In this document: piece after piece, positions 37,447-46,960 of the stretch | Numbering within the stretch: position 1 is the first letter of the stretch | How the letters are laid out: every line of letters starts with the position of its first letter | Assembly: GCA_951812825.1 (NCBI GenBank) | Contig: OX638324.1 | Location: forward strand, 311,317 to 375,316 | Direction of reading: 5' to 3' | Length of the DNA: 64,000 bases | Source: an uncultured Dehalococcoidia bacterium | Lineage (GTDB): Bacteria; Chloroflexota; Dehalococcoidia; Lucifugimonadales; GCA-2712585 | Translations under genes and position numbers: made by a program | Notes under the pieces: generated by a model | What the model was told of the DNA's origin: nothing | What the model saw: only the letters and a program-made list of their open reading frames with translations | Databases searched by the model: none

Positions 37447-38601
37447 CTAGACTGCGTACCGACGCAGCAGGCTCCGCGCGATTATAAGCTTCTGAATTTC
37501 GTTGGTTCCCTCTCCGATAATCATGAGCGGCGCGTCCCGGTAGTACCGCTCCAGGGGCAGGTCTTTGATGTAACCGTAGCCGCCGTGAATTCGCATGGCG
37601 TCCAGCGTAACCTGGCCGCAAACCTCGCTGGCGAACAGCTTGGCCATCCCTGCCTCTTCGTCGCACCGCTCACCCCGGTCTTTCTTGGCGGCGGCGTCGT
37701 AGGTCAGCAGGCGGGCGGCGTGAATCTTCGTGGCCATGTCCGCCAGCATCGTCTGTATCGCCTGGTGTTGGGCGATGGGCTTGCCAAAGGTGCGTCGACG
37801 CTGGGCGTACCTGATAGCCTCTTCGAAGGCCGCCGTCGCGACGCCTACGGCACGGGCGGCGATGTTGATGCGACCGGCTTCCAACCCCGCCATGACCTGC
37901 CGAAATCCCTGCCCCTCCTTCATCCCTACCAGATTCCTCGCCGGTACGCGGCAGTTGTCGAAGAGGAGCTCGCAGGTGTCGACGCCACGATACCCCAGTT
38001 TCTCCATATCTGGCCCTACGGTGAACCCGGGGCCCTTTTCGACAACAAGAGCGCTTATGCCCCGATGGGCAGGCAGGGCGTCCGGGTCCGTCTTCACCAT
38101 CACCAGTGCGGCATGACAATTCCGCCCGTTGGTGATGAAGAGTTTTCGCCCGTTGACCACGTACTCATCCCCATCACGAACAGCGACGGTCTGGATTGCG
38201 GCCACGTCGCTGCCGGCGTTGGGTTCCGTCAAAGCCAGCGCACCCCGCATCTCGCCAGTTGCCATCCTTGGAAGCCACTGACGTTTCTGCTCCTCAGTGC
38301 CGAAGTGCGACAGAACGTACGCCATGACGGAGTGGGTGCCCAGGATGCCGGTGATGCTCATCCACCCCTTCGAGAGCTCCTCGAAGATCATGGCGAAGGT
38401 GGTGTGGTCGAGGCCCAAGCCCCCGTATGCCTCCGGTACGGCAATTCCGAAAAGGCTCAACTCCTGCATCTGCCCGACGAGCTTATGGGGGTAAGTGTCG
38501 TCCCTGTCGTGGATGGCGGCCTGTGGCGCCACCTCCCGACGGACGAACTCTCGCACAAGGGACAGAATCTGATTGGTCGGATTCTGTGGGCGCTCTTCCA
38601 T
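37447..38601 (-). CDS. Acyl-CoA dehydrogenase
   Basis: ALTEP.AGSD, NG.K.FITNG, KLGY.G..T.EL.F, IHGGYGY......ERYYRDA....IGEGTNEIQ. Confidence 0.94.
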   Translation of the reverse strand: MEERPQNPTNQILSLVREFVRREVAPQAAIHDRDDTYPHKLVGQMQELSLFGIAVPEAYGGLGLDHTTFAMIFEELSKGWMSITGILGTHSVMAYVLSHFGTEEQKRQWLPRMATGEMRGALALTEPNAGSDVAAIQTVAVRDGDEYVVNGRKLFITNGRNCHAALVMVKTDPDALPAHRGISALVVEKGPGFTVGPDMEKLGYRGVDTCELLFDNCRVPARNLVGMKEGQGFRQVMAGLEAGRINIAARAVGVATAAFEEAIRYAQRRRTFGKPIAQHQAIQTMLADMATKIHAARLLTYDAAAKKDRGERCDEEAGMAKLFASEVCGQVTLDAMRIHGGYGYIKDLPLERYYRDAPLMIIGEGTNEIQKLIIARSLLRRYAV

Positions 38602-38696
38602 CCCGGCATTCCCCCTGATTGCAGGTTACACCGACGCTAGTCGGCGGCCCGCCCACTATATCACAGGGGCGCCAAGTACTTTAGACCATTGAACAG

Positions 38697-38990
38697 CCGT
38701 AATTCCGGCCTCCGAGCCGGAATCCAGCCCGGGTCCCTTCCCCATTAATTGGAGACAATTGCACAACCCTCACAGGGGTGCTTAGAAGCCTCTTCCCCCA
38801 TCATGGTGGAAGATTGAAGCCTGCCCTGAGCCTGTCGAAGGAATGGGGATCAATCCCACTCTTTTTTCTGAGGAGGCCCCGCGACGAAGAATCTGGCGGT
38901 GGGGACCTCTTCCCTCTTTCACATTGACGGTGGAAGATTGAGCATTCCCTGAACCTGTCGAAGGGATGTGAGTGTCTCCCCTACAATCCC
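38697..38990 (+). repeat. Composite cluster of several REP-like palindromes
   Basis: gtaattccggc-ctccga-gccggaatccag, two copies of ggtggaagattga...ccctga(g/a)cctgtcgaagg, and one ctgaggagg...gaagaatct unit. Confidence 0.7.
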
Positions 38991-39063
38991 CAAAGCCCAC
39001 CCTTGGTGAGCTACGCAAAGGAATCCTTGATTCGGAGACTCGACAGCCAAAAGGTGCTGTCCA

Positions 39064-39375
39064 TCAGCAGCGCAAAACAACCTGATGCCGGCTGATCCTC
39101 ATCACCTTACCCTCCCCAATCTCCCTGGTAGACCCCTCAGCCTCATCAACCGACGCCACTACCTCAACACCGTTCTCCCGAAACACCCGCTCCATCTCCC
39201 CCGCTTCCTCCAACGCCCTCAACTGCACCAAAATTACCTCGTCCAGATTCCGAAACGCTTCCTCAACAGAATCCCCCGACGCAACCGTCCCCAACTCGAG
39301 ACAAGCCGCCACAAACCCATCCCCATCCCTCTCCCCCACACTCGTCAGGGTGAAATATCCTACACGTTCCTTCAT
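39064..39375 (-). CDS. HicB-like protein (orphan)
   Basis: E.DGDGFVA.C.EL..VA.GD..EEA..NL.E.I pattern. Confidence 0.65.
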   Translation of the reverse strand: MKERVGYFTLTSVGERDGDGFVAACLELGTVASGDSVEEAFRNLDEVILVQLRALEEAGEMERVFRENGVEVVASVDEAEGSTREIGEGKVMRISRHQVVLRC

Positions 39376-39394
39376 TCTTGGAGGACTCAGTCTG

Positions 39395-39667
39395 TTTACC
39401 GATTCACCTAGTCGTTTTGTCTCTAGATAACCCTTAGCTTGCCGTCTGCAGATAGCAAAGCATAGTCAATTCTTCCGCAGCCAACATTTTTTCCACAGTT
39501 ACGAGCGACGGATCAGCCGTGTCCCAACCAAGAACACTCAAGAGCGGGTCGATTAGTGAATTCCTTGTCCGGATCTTATTGGCCAAAAGCGTTGCTCTAT
39601 GCTCTCGTATTTGAGCCTTCAACCTCTCAATGACGGAAACCAATTCTACCAGCACTACTGCCAGCAC
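39395..39667 (-). pseudogene. Frameshifted remnant of an HsdR_N-like restriction endonuclease domain gene
   Basis: TR..LIDPLL..LGWD..DP..V.VE in one frame, GRIDYALL..DGK in a second, LETKRLGE in a third. Confidence 0.7.
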
Positions 39668-39670
39668 CCT

Positions 39671-40711
39671 TTAATGTGCACTATCTGGCCACGCAAACAC
39701 CTGCACCCGCGCCCGCGCTGTGTCCACCACAAACACCCGACCTTCCGCGTCAATCTTCACCGTCGTCGGACCCCAGAACAGCTTCTCCACCATCGCCGAC
39801 TCCTGCCGCAGCTCGTCTCCCGGCGGGTACACTAGCTCCGGCTCCAGGTTGGCCCTCTCCCGTTCCTCCAACTCGTCCATGTTCGTCGTGAAATACTCGT
39901 GGGCCCACTTGGAAAGCCCCGACTCTCCCCGCAGGTTTGCCAGGCACTCGCCGTCCTGGGTCAGCGCCTGCACCCGCTCGTTCCCCCAATCCGCCACGTA
40001 CAGAACTCCTTCGTCGTCCACTGCCAGCCCCGCCGGACGGTTGAACTTCCCGTCGTCGGCGTCCGAGCCTCCCCACACCCTCACAAACTTCCCGTCAGCC
40101 GTGAACTTCTGAATCCTGTCATTGCGCCAGTCCACCACGTACACGTTTCCGGCTGCATCGGCAGCCACGCCCCACGGCATGTTGAACTCTCCCTCGCCGT
40201 CGCCCGCACTCCCCCACTGCGAAATGAACTCTCCCGTGGGCGTATATTGCTGGATGCGATGGTTCAGGCTGTCCGCAATCAGCAGGTTGCCATCGCCGTC
40301 GACAATCATCCCGGCCGGACGGTCGAACTCCCCCTCGCCGTTCCCCTGCCGGCCCCACCGGTAGAGGAAGTTCCCTTCCTTATCGAAGACGGAAACCCGA
40401 TGCAACGCCTCGTCGCCGATGTACACCCGGTCTTCCCCGTCAATCGCGATGGAGGAAGGCCACATTATCTGTCCGTCGTTTTGACCGCCCGAGCTGAACT
40501 CTCCTAAGAATTGCTCGCCGACGGTGCACTTAGTCACCCTCTTGGAAGGATTCATCTCCTCGGCGTCGGAACCCCCGCGGCTGACCACGTACATGACCCC
40601 GTCGCTGTCGAAAGCCAGGTCCACCGGATTGCCGAAGCCTCGCCCTCCCTGGAGCGACATGAACCCCACCGTATGGCTGTACCGCAATTTAGCTGCTGTT
40701 TTCGTAATCAT
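39671..40711 (-). CDS. NHL-repeat beta-propeller (partner of DUF1800 copy 2)
   Basis: NHL repeats (F..P.G.A.D..G..YV.DW.N.R.Q.F). Start MITKTAAK is 7 nt after the DUF1800 stop. Confidence 0.9.
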   Translation of the reverse strand: MITKTAAKLRYSHTVGFMSLQGGRGFGNPVDLAFDSDGVMYVVSRGGSDAEEMNPSKRVTKCTVGEQFLGEFSSGGQNDGQIMWPSSIAIDGEDRVYIGDEALHRVSVFDKEGNFLYRWGRQGNGEGEFDRPAGMIVDGDGNLLIADSLNHRIQQYTPTGEFISQWGSAGDGEGEFNMPWGVAADAAGNVYVVDWRNDRIQKFTADGKFVRVWGGSDADDGKFNRPAGLAVDDEGVLYVADWGNERVQALTQDGECLANLRGESGLSKWAHEYFTTNMDELEERERANLEPELVYPPGDELRQESAMVEKLFWGPTTVKIDAEGRVFVVDTARARVQVFAWPDSAH

Positions 40712-40718
40712 CTTCGCC

Positions 40719-42155
40719 TCACGCCAACTGATATTCTGTGGTGGCCGAAATAACCTGCAGAAGCTGGGCGATGCTCTCCGATGAGGCCCGCGCATCCTCC
40801 GCCGTGTCGAAGCTCAACTCTCCGGCGGCCCTCGCGTGCGCCACCAGGTCGGCGTGGGTGTCCTCCGACACCCTCATGTGGCCCAGCAGCCCCAGGCACT
40901 CTTCTACGAGCGACTCCGCCGATGCGTAAGCCCCCTGCTCCTGCACCCGCCGGATGATCGACTGCACGCCCGGACGCGCAGGATCGGCAAACTCTTCAGC
41001 GGCAAAGTTCACCCTGCTGACCAGGCTCCCCGTTGTCACCCACTCCACCCCCGTGTGCCAGCCCTCCACGCTGGGGGGGTCCAGCAACTGCTGGCCCATG
41101 TTCCCCGTCTCTGCTGCCAACCGCAGGTCCTGGGGGCTGGGGAAGGAATAGCCGCCGGTAAGACGTGCAGTGCCCACTACAAATTCCGTAGGACTCTTTA
41201 TCTTGGCGAACGCCGCCTCTTTGAAAAAGTCCGAATTCAGCAGAGTCCGCATCACCTCACGCATGTTGTAACCGCTTTCGTCAAACACCCTCGCCAGCGT
41301 CTCCACCGCCTCCGGGTCCCTGGGCGGAGTATCTTTCCACGCCGGAACCTGGGGCTCGTCGGCCACAAAGAAGTTGTACAGGTGACGCCCAACGAACCTC
41401 CCCGTCGCCGGGTGTCGACAGATTATGTCAATCACGTCCTCCCCGTTGAAGGGCCCCCGCTGCCCGAGGAAGTCCTTGTCGTTCTCGTCGTGGTCCCCAG
41501 GTAGATATTCGAAGTGCCAGTCCAGCCGGCCGTAGGGCCAGATGGAGTCCCGGTCCGTCCGGGACTGATGCAACGATGCGTCGGCGATGGTCCAGCCGGT
41601 AAAGGCGTGGGAAGCCTGACGCACGTCGTCTTCCGTGTAATTGCCCTGCCCCATCGAAAAAAGCTCCAGCAGCTCCCTGCCGAAGTTCTCGTTGACGGCG
41701 TCCTTATGGTTGTCCTTGTTGTCAAGCCAGAAGATCATCGCCGGGTCCTTGGAAAGCTCTAGCAGAATCCGATGGAAGCTGCCCATCCCGAGCCTGCGAA
41801 ACATCTCCACCTGGTTCAAAATCGCCCTGGGATGATTGAGCTTGGTATAGCCCGTGGCGAAGATGCAGTGATAGAACAGCGCCATCTTCTCCTCCAGCGG
41901 ACGGCGGGTGTTGATCATCCGGTACAGCCAGTAGGTCTGACAGCTCTCCAACATGAGCAGATTGTTCCCGTCCACGTGGTAGCGCTTCAGCAGGTCCTCG
42001 TCGTCCAGGGCTGGCGGCTGGAGCTCCGGGTGCAGCAATTCTTCCACCGTTGCCTCGTACCCCTTCGCTGCACACCGTTCGACCTCCTCGCGGGTGGCGC
42101 CGAAACCGGCCCTCCGCATCAGATGGGCCATGAGAGCTAGATCTTTTTCAGACAT
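40719..42155 (-). CDS. DUF1800 family protein (copy 2)
   Basis: AHLMRRAGFG, NENFGRELLELFSMG, PPSVEGW, EYQLA. Confidence 0.85.
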   Translation of the reverse strand: MSEKDLALMAHLMRRAGFGATREEVERCAAKGYEATVEELLHPELQPPALDDEDLLKRYHVDGNNLLMLESCQTYWLYRMINTRRPLEEKMALFYHCIFATGYTKLNHPRAILNQVEMFRRLGMGSFHRILLELSKDPAMIFWLDNKDNHKDAVNENFGRELLELFSMGQGNYTEDDVRQASHAFTGWTIADASLHQSRTDRDSIWPYGRLDWHFEYLPGDHDENDKDFLGQRGPFNGEDVIDIICRHPATGRFVGRHLYNFFVADEPQVPAWKDTPPRDPEAVETLARVFDESGYNMREVMRTLLNSDFFKEAAFAKIKSPTEFVVGTARLTGGYSFPSPQDLRLAAETGNMGQQLLDPPSVEGWHTGVEWVTTGSLVSRVNFAAEEFADPARPGVQSIIRRVQEQGAYASAESLVEECLGLLGHMRVSEDTHADLVAHARAAGELSFDTAEDARASSESIAQLLQVISATTEYQLA

Positions 42156-42203
42156 TTTATCCCTCCGCCAACTATTGATTTACGAATGTAAACGTCACAA
42201 CAG

Positions 42204-42232
42204 AATCTATCACCACACCATTTTAGCGTCAA
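42204..42232 (-). promoter_or_regulatory. sigma70 promoter for the DUF1800-NHL operon 2
   Basis: TTGACG-17 nt-TAGATT with TGn extension. Confidence 0.5.
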
Positions 42233-42290
42233 TGGCAAAGCCCCCGCAGAACGAACCGCAATCCGCACCAGCGAGAACCCTTCAACAACA

Positions 42291-42317
42291 GTCATTCCGG
42301 TGAAAACCGGAATCCAG
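42291..42317 (+). repeat. REP-like palindrome, GTCATTCCGG-N-CCGGAATCCAG family
   Basis: gtcattccggtgaaaaccggaatccag. Related copies at about 22320, 34107, 38699, 43836, 50463, 51796, 55425, 63240 and 63385. Confidence 0.8.
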
Positions 42318-42390
42318 GATCCCGCACCGACCGCTTCGTTCTAGCTTAGAATCGTCCTGCCAATTCGCCACGGTTCACGCATGCTTTTGC

Positions 42391-42419
42391 TTGACGTTAC
42401 TAATGCTCTGCGTTATTAT
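42391..42419 (+). promoter_or_regulatory. sigma70 promoter of higBA, near-leaderless
   Basis: TTGACG-17 nt-TATTAT with a GTG start 8 nt downstream. Confidence 0.6.
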
Positions 42420-42427
42420 TGCTCGCA

Positions 42428-42706
42428 GTGAAGCGATTCAGAAATGCCGACTCTCGGAAGCTCTTTTATGGTCAGCGGCCTCGTCGATTACCACAGGACA
42501 TTCAGCGACGTGCTCGGCTTAGACTTCAGCGTGTGGTGGCTGCTTCGGCCCTGACGGACCTCCAAGTGCCTCCCTCTCACCGCTTGGAGGCGCTTCGGGG
42601 AGCACGAAGAGGCCAATACAGCATCCGCGTGAACGAACAGTGGCGTGTGTGCTTCATCTGGACGCAACAAGGTGCGATGGAAATCGAAGTTGTCGATTAT
42701 CACTAA
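42428..42706 (+). CDS. higB: HigB-family (RelE/ParE) toxin
   Basis: DL..PP..RLE.L.G.R.GQYSIRVN.QWR.CF.W......E.VDYH. Confidence 0.93.
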   Translation: MKRFRNADSRKLFYGQRPRRLPQDIQRRARLRLQRVVAASALTDLQVPPSHRLEALRGARRGQYSIRVNEQWRVCFIWTQQGAMEIEVVDYH

Positions 42707-42716
42707 GGAGAATGTC

Positions 42717-43025
42717 ATGGGACTCAACGAGCCGATTCACCCCGGAGAGCATTTGGCGGAATTTCTTGAGGAGTTGGGAATAACCCAGTATAGATTGGCA
42801 AAGGCCATTGGGGTGCCACAGGTTCGAATTAGCGAAATTGTGCACTGCCGCAGATCTATTACTGCGGATTCCGCATTGCGAATTGGTCGAGCCCTGGGTA
42901 CGACTCCCGACTTCTGGCTGAACCTTCAGCGCATGTACGATCTCGACGTTGCCCGCACTAAGACCGACGTCAGCGGCATAAGACCACTGGTCGCTGGGAC
43001 CCCAAGCATTGGAAGCGAGAAATAG
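42717..43025 (+). CDS. higA: HigA-family antitoxin
   Basis: PIHPGE.L.E.L...GITQY.LA..IGV...RISEI....R.IT.D.ALR......T..FWLNLQ..YDL. Confidence 0.93.
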   Translation: MGLNEPIHPGEHLAEFLEELGITQYRLAKAIGVPQVRISEIVHCRRSITADSALRIGRALGTTPDFWLNLQRMYDLDVARTKTDVSGIRPLVAGTPSIGSEK

Positions 43026-43151
43026 TGTCTCGCGTCATGTCTCGATACGGCACCGTTTCCCTTGATAGATGCTCCCTCTCTGCCGGATGATGCAGCCCCT
43101 CCGGCCCGCATCATCCACCCTACCGCTGCGCCAACCAGTCAAGGAATTACC

Positions 43152-43805
43152 ATGCGGCAAAAGACCCCATTAGTCGCCTTCATCTCCAACTACACCAACA
43201 ACCCCGGCTGTGGTCGCGATCTACGACCAGTATTCCAACAGCTCAGCCGCAGGTTCCAAATTCAGCGCGCTCTCTACCCGGGTAGCTGGCTGGATGTCAC
43301 ACCCTCCCTGTTCTTCCCCGAAGTTTGCTACGTCGACTCCCTGTCAGGAATTGTCGACTCATTCGCAGACCCGGACCTCCGCCGGCACCTCAACGACAAC
43401 AAGCATTACCCGGACGCTCCCACGATACACTGTTATCAGCACGACTATCGCACCTTCAACGCCGAGCCGGAAGCATCCTTCGACCTTCTCATCTCCCTCA
43501 ACGCTGGTTTCATCTCCCAGGCATGCGAGCGATTTCTCCCTCCGGAAGGGCTCCTGCTGGTCAACGACGAACACTACGACGCCCGCCGAGCCTTCGTCGA
43601 TCCCGACTACATCATCATCGCGGCATTCACGGGAGAAAACCTCCGCATGGAGACCTCCCAAGCCGAATTAACTTCCTTCTTCCATACGACCAAAGGAACA
43701 CCCCTGACCCTGGAGATGGTTGACTCCGATGCCCCCAGATCGCCAAGTCGCGCAAGGTTCAAACCGGCGAAAACCGCACCTGTCTATCTATTCAGGAAAC
43801 AATAA
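43152..43805 (+). CDS. Hypothetical protein, possible class I SAM-dependent methyltransferase-like fold
   Basis: LYPGS, YVD, FDLLIS, L.P.GLLL pattern. ATG preceded by AAGGA. Confidence 0.5.
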   Translation: MRQKTPLVAFISNYTNNPGCGRDLRPVFQQLSRRFQIQRALYPGSWLDVTPSLFFPEVCYVDSLSGIVDSFADPDLRRHLNDNKHYPDAPTIHCYQHDYRTFNAEPEASFDLLISLNAGFISQACERFLPPEGLLLVNDEHYDARRAFVDPDYIIIAAFTGENLRMETSQAELTSFFHTTKGTPLTLEMVDSDAPRSPSRARFKPAKTAPVYLFRKQ

Positions 43806-43835
43806 TCGACGCTTGGAAGAGTCTGAATAAGGTCA

Positions 43836-43862
43836 GTCATACCGGCGAAGGCCGGTATCCAG
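43836..43862 (+). repeat. REP-like palindrome (GTCAT(A/T)CCGG family)
   Basis: gtcataccggcgaaggccggtatccag, with compensatory stem changes relative to the 42291 copy. Confidence 0.8.
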
Positions 43863-44128
43863 AAAGCCCATAAAGCAAACGTTAGCTTGAATTGAGGCCA
43901 TTCGCCTTCATCCTAATCTTCCTCTATTGAGGCGAAAGGGGTTATTCAGAGGTTTCCTATCGACTAACGTTGGCGTGCAAATACGACGAAGGCATTCGAA
44001 ATATATCCCAGACTCGAACAAATCTCCGCCTCCAGCACTTGGCGAAAACCCTCACTTGGCGTAACATTCAACAACTCCGGCCCGGGCCATGTGCCCAATA
44101 GCCGCACATTCTCGTCAAGGGAGATAAT

Positions 44129-45550
44129 ATGGACGCCAACTTGCTGATGGACCTCTCCGGCGCTCAGATGGCCAGGCTGATCGCTTCGAAAGAGCTTTCC
44201 CCCGTCGAACTCGTCGACGCCTACGTTGACCGCATCGACCGCATTAACCCAAAGGTGAACGCCTACGTCACCGTCTGCCAGGAAGAAGCCCTCGCCGATG
44301 CTCGCCTCGCCGAGGATGCCGTAATGCGCGGCGATAACCTGCAACCCCTGCACGGCCTCCCCTTCGCCGCAAAGGACCAGCTCGACACCAAGGGCGTTGT
44401 CACCACCTCCGGCTCCCGCAGCCTGTCGGCCAACATCCCGCCGGAAGACGCCACCGTCATCGCCCGTATGAAAGACGCCGGCGCCGTCCTCATCGGCAAG
44501 ACCAGCATGACCCAATTCGCCTCCGGTCTCGGTGACCCGTGGCAATTCGGCGAGCCGCCTCGCAACCCCTGGGACCTGGAGCGCGACACCATCGGCTCCA
44601 GCAACGGCTCCGCCATCGCCATCGCCGCCTCCATGTGCGCCCTCTCCCTCGGCGAAGATACCGGCGGCTCCATTCGCTGCCCCGCCTCCGCCACCGGCGC
44701 CGTCGGCTTCCGACCCACCTGGGGCCGTCTGAGCCGCTACCGGATGCACGCCCTCTCCTGGTCCATGGACTCCGCCGGCCCCATCACCCACACCGTCGAA
44801 GACGCCGCCCTGATGCTGAACGCCGTCGCCGGCTACGACCCCAAGGACACACTAACCTCCAAACGCCCCGTGCCCGATTTCACCCAGGGCCTCGGCGAAG
44901 ACATGAAGGGCAAGCGCATCGGCCTTATCCAAGAGTTTATGGATCCCGAATTCTGCGATGCCGAAGTCGTCGACGCCGTCACCGCCGCCGCTAAGCACCT
45001 TGAAAACCTCGGCGCAACGGTGGAAGAGGTGTCGCTGCCCATGCTCCGAGACATCCGCCTCATCGCCAGCCCCGTCACGGGCAGCGACGCCGGCCACGTC
45101 CACGCCGAGAACCTGAAGGCGCATCCCGAGCACTACGGGCGAAACCTGCGCCTGCGCCTCATCGTCGACCTGTTGATCCCCGGGCACATCCTCCAGACCG
45201 CCACCCGCGCCCGCGCCATCATGCGCCGCGAGTGGCTCAAGCTCCTCGCCCCCTACGACGTTCTGATCGCCCCCACCCTTATGTTCAAACTGAAGAAGAT
45301 TCACTATGCCAATCCCGTCACCGAGCGGGACCAGGCCCGTGGACGTTTCGGCACCGGTACCGGCGACGTTACAATCGTCGCCGCCTTCCTCGGCACTCCA
45401 GCCATGACCGTCCGCTGTGGTTTCGACTCCAACGGCGTGCCCATCGGCCTCATGTTCATGGCCGCCCCCTACCAGGAAGCAAGCATCCTCAACGCTGGCC
45501 ACGCCTACGAACAGACCACCGACTGGCACAAACGCCGCCCAAACCTGTAG
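44129..45550 (+). CDS. Amidase signature family protein
   Basis: PLHGLP...KD, GKT, RNPWD, GSSNGS, GEDTGGSIR.PAS. Confidence 0.92.
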   Translation: MDANLLMDLSGAQMARLIASKELSPVELVDAYVDRIDRINPKVNAYVTVCQEEALADARLAEDAVMRGDNLQPLHGLPFAAKDQLDTKGVVTTSGSRSLSANIPPEDATVIARMKDAGAVLIGKTSMTQFASGLGDPWQFGEPPRNPWDLERDTIGSSNGSAIAIAASMCALSLGEDTGGSIRCPASATGAVGFRPTWGRLSRYRMHALSWSMDSAGPITHTVEDAALMLNAVAGYDPKDTLTSKRPVPDFTQGLGEDMKGKRIGLIQEFMDPEFCDAEVVDAVTAAAKHLENLGATVEEVSLPMLRDIRLIASPVTGSDAGHVHAENLKAHPEHYGRNLRLRLIVDLLIPGHILQTATRARAIMRREWLKLLAPYDVLIAPTLMFKLKKIHYANPVTERDQARGRFGTGTGDVTIVAAFLGTPAMTVRCGFDSNGVPIGLMFMAAPYQEASILNAGHAYEQTTDWHKRRPNL

Positions 45551-45635
45551 CCTAATCTCATCCCGGAGTCATCTGCACAGTCACCATTCCTGTAAGAGTC
45601 AATATCCATATTGTCTCTTCCCTCTTTACCCACTT

Positions 45636-45762
45636 GTCATTCTGAGGAGGCCCCGCGACGAAGAATCTCGCCACCGGGACGCCCCCCGCTCACTCCGCAG
45701 CCCGAACCGGAACCCCGCTCCCATTCATCCCGCAACGTAGGGGCTGGTTTCAAACTAACCCC
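45636..45762 (+). repeat. REP-like cluster (GTCATTCTGAGG...GAAGAATCT plus GTAGGGGC unit)
   Basis: gtcattctgaggaggccccgcgacgaagaatct (45636-45668) and gtaggggctggtttcaaactaacccc (45737-45762). Confidence 0.75.
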
Positions 45763-45785
45763 TGCTGGCCGAGGAATTAGAATCT

Positions 45786-46763
45786 GTGGAACCTACAGAT
45801 ATATCACCACCGGATCAAGGCATTCGATCCCACTGGCGCGATATACCTCTGCGAGTCCGCAGTGAGGTTGAAGAATGGCTGGGTGGGAAGGTAGTAAGCG
45901 CCGAAACTCAGCCCACCGGGTTCTCCCCAGGGGTCGCGGCAGCGCTGACCCTGGCCGATGGTCAGCGAGTCTTCATCAAGGCAGTTGCGTCTGAGCCCAA
46001 TCCCATAACGCCCACTATGCATCGGCAGGAGATTAAGGTTGTGTCCGCCATGCCAAAAGACTCGCCGGTTCCACGGCTCCTCTGGTCTTACGATGAGGGC
46101 ACGGATGGTTGGGTCGTGCTGCTCTTTGAGCACGTAGAAGGTCGCCATCCGGCAAAGCCCTGGCTGGCCACTGAGCTCGACCGTGTAGTCGCCGCATTAG
46201 AGGACCTGAACGCACGACTTACACCGTCCCCGCTTCCGAATTCAATTGTCGGAACCGCATCCGAAATGTTCGATTCAGAAATCTGCGGCTGGCGCAAGCT
46301 GCTGGATGATCGACCGTCGCGCCTTGACTGCGTGGATGAATGGTCGCGTCGTCATTTGGAGACGTTGGCGGACATCGAAGAGACTATCGTCGACGCCCTG
46401 GTAGGCGATACGCTACTTCACATGGATACCCGGGCGGATAATATATTGCTTTCGCATGAGCGAATCTGGTTCCTGGACTGGCCTCATGCTTGCATCGGCC
46501 CTGCTTGGTTGGACGTCGTCGCATTTGCGTCTAGTGTGAGGATGCAGGGCGGACCGCCTCCTGAAGTAGTCATCTCGAAACATGCCGCCTGCCTCGTCGC
46601 TGAGAGCGACACAATTACCGCGGCGGTGGTGTCTATAGCAGGGTATTTCACTCGCCAGGCCCTGCTTCCCCCACCTCCAGGGTTGCCAACGGTACGCGCA
46701 TTTCAGGCAGCACAGGGATTGGTCGCCAGGCAGTGGGCCGCGCAGCGCACGGGACTCGCATAG
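45786..46763 (+). CDS. Aminoglycoside phosphotransferase-like (APH/choline kinase fold) protein
   Basis: GFSPG, FIKA, LLH.D.RADN.LL, DW. Confidence 0.8.
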   Translation: MEPTDISPPDQGIRSHWRDIPLRVRSEVEEWLGGKVVSAETQPTGFSPGVAAALTLADGQRVFIKAVASEPNPITPTMHRQEIKVVSAMPKDSPVPRLLWSYDEGTDGWVVLLFEHVEGRHPAKPWLATELDRVVAALEDLNARLTPSPLPNSIVGTASEMFDSEICGWRKLLDDRPSRLDCVDEWSRRHLETLADIEETIVDALVGDTLLHMDTRADNILLSHERIWFLDWPHACIGPAWLDVVAFASSVRMQGGPPPEVVISKHAACLVAESDTITAAVVSIAGYFTRQALLPPPPGLPTVRAFQAAQGLVARQWAAQRTGLA

Positions 46764-46960
46764 TTGAATCGGTGAGAAATGCTGAACGGCTTAGGCATTT
46801 TAGTGAAGATGCCGAAGAGGTTGCCCGTGATTCATCATCGAAAGGCAGTCGGACTAGAGAGCTTCTTGGCGTTGACTCATTTTTCCATCCCCATTAAACT
46901 GCCTTTGGCAGACGGATGCCCCCCGTCGCGCCCGAATTAACCCGACAAGGAGACAAAGGT

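Noticed and set aside
38697-38990. Possible CRISPR array
   Set aside because: Only two degenerate copies with irregular spacing, mixed with dispersed REP-like units; no cas genes in the window.
45786-46763. Antibiotic resistance gene
   Set aside because: Only the generic APH/choline-kinase fold motifs are visible; the substrate cannot be inferred.
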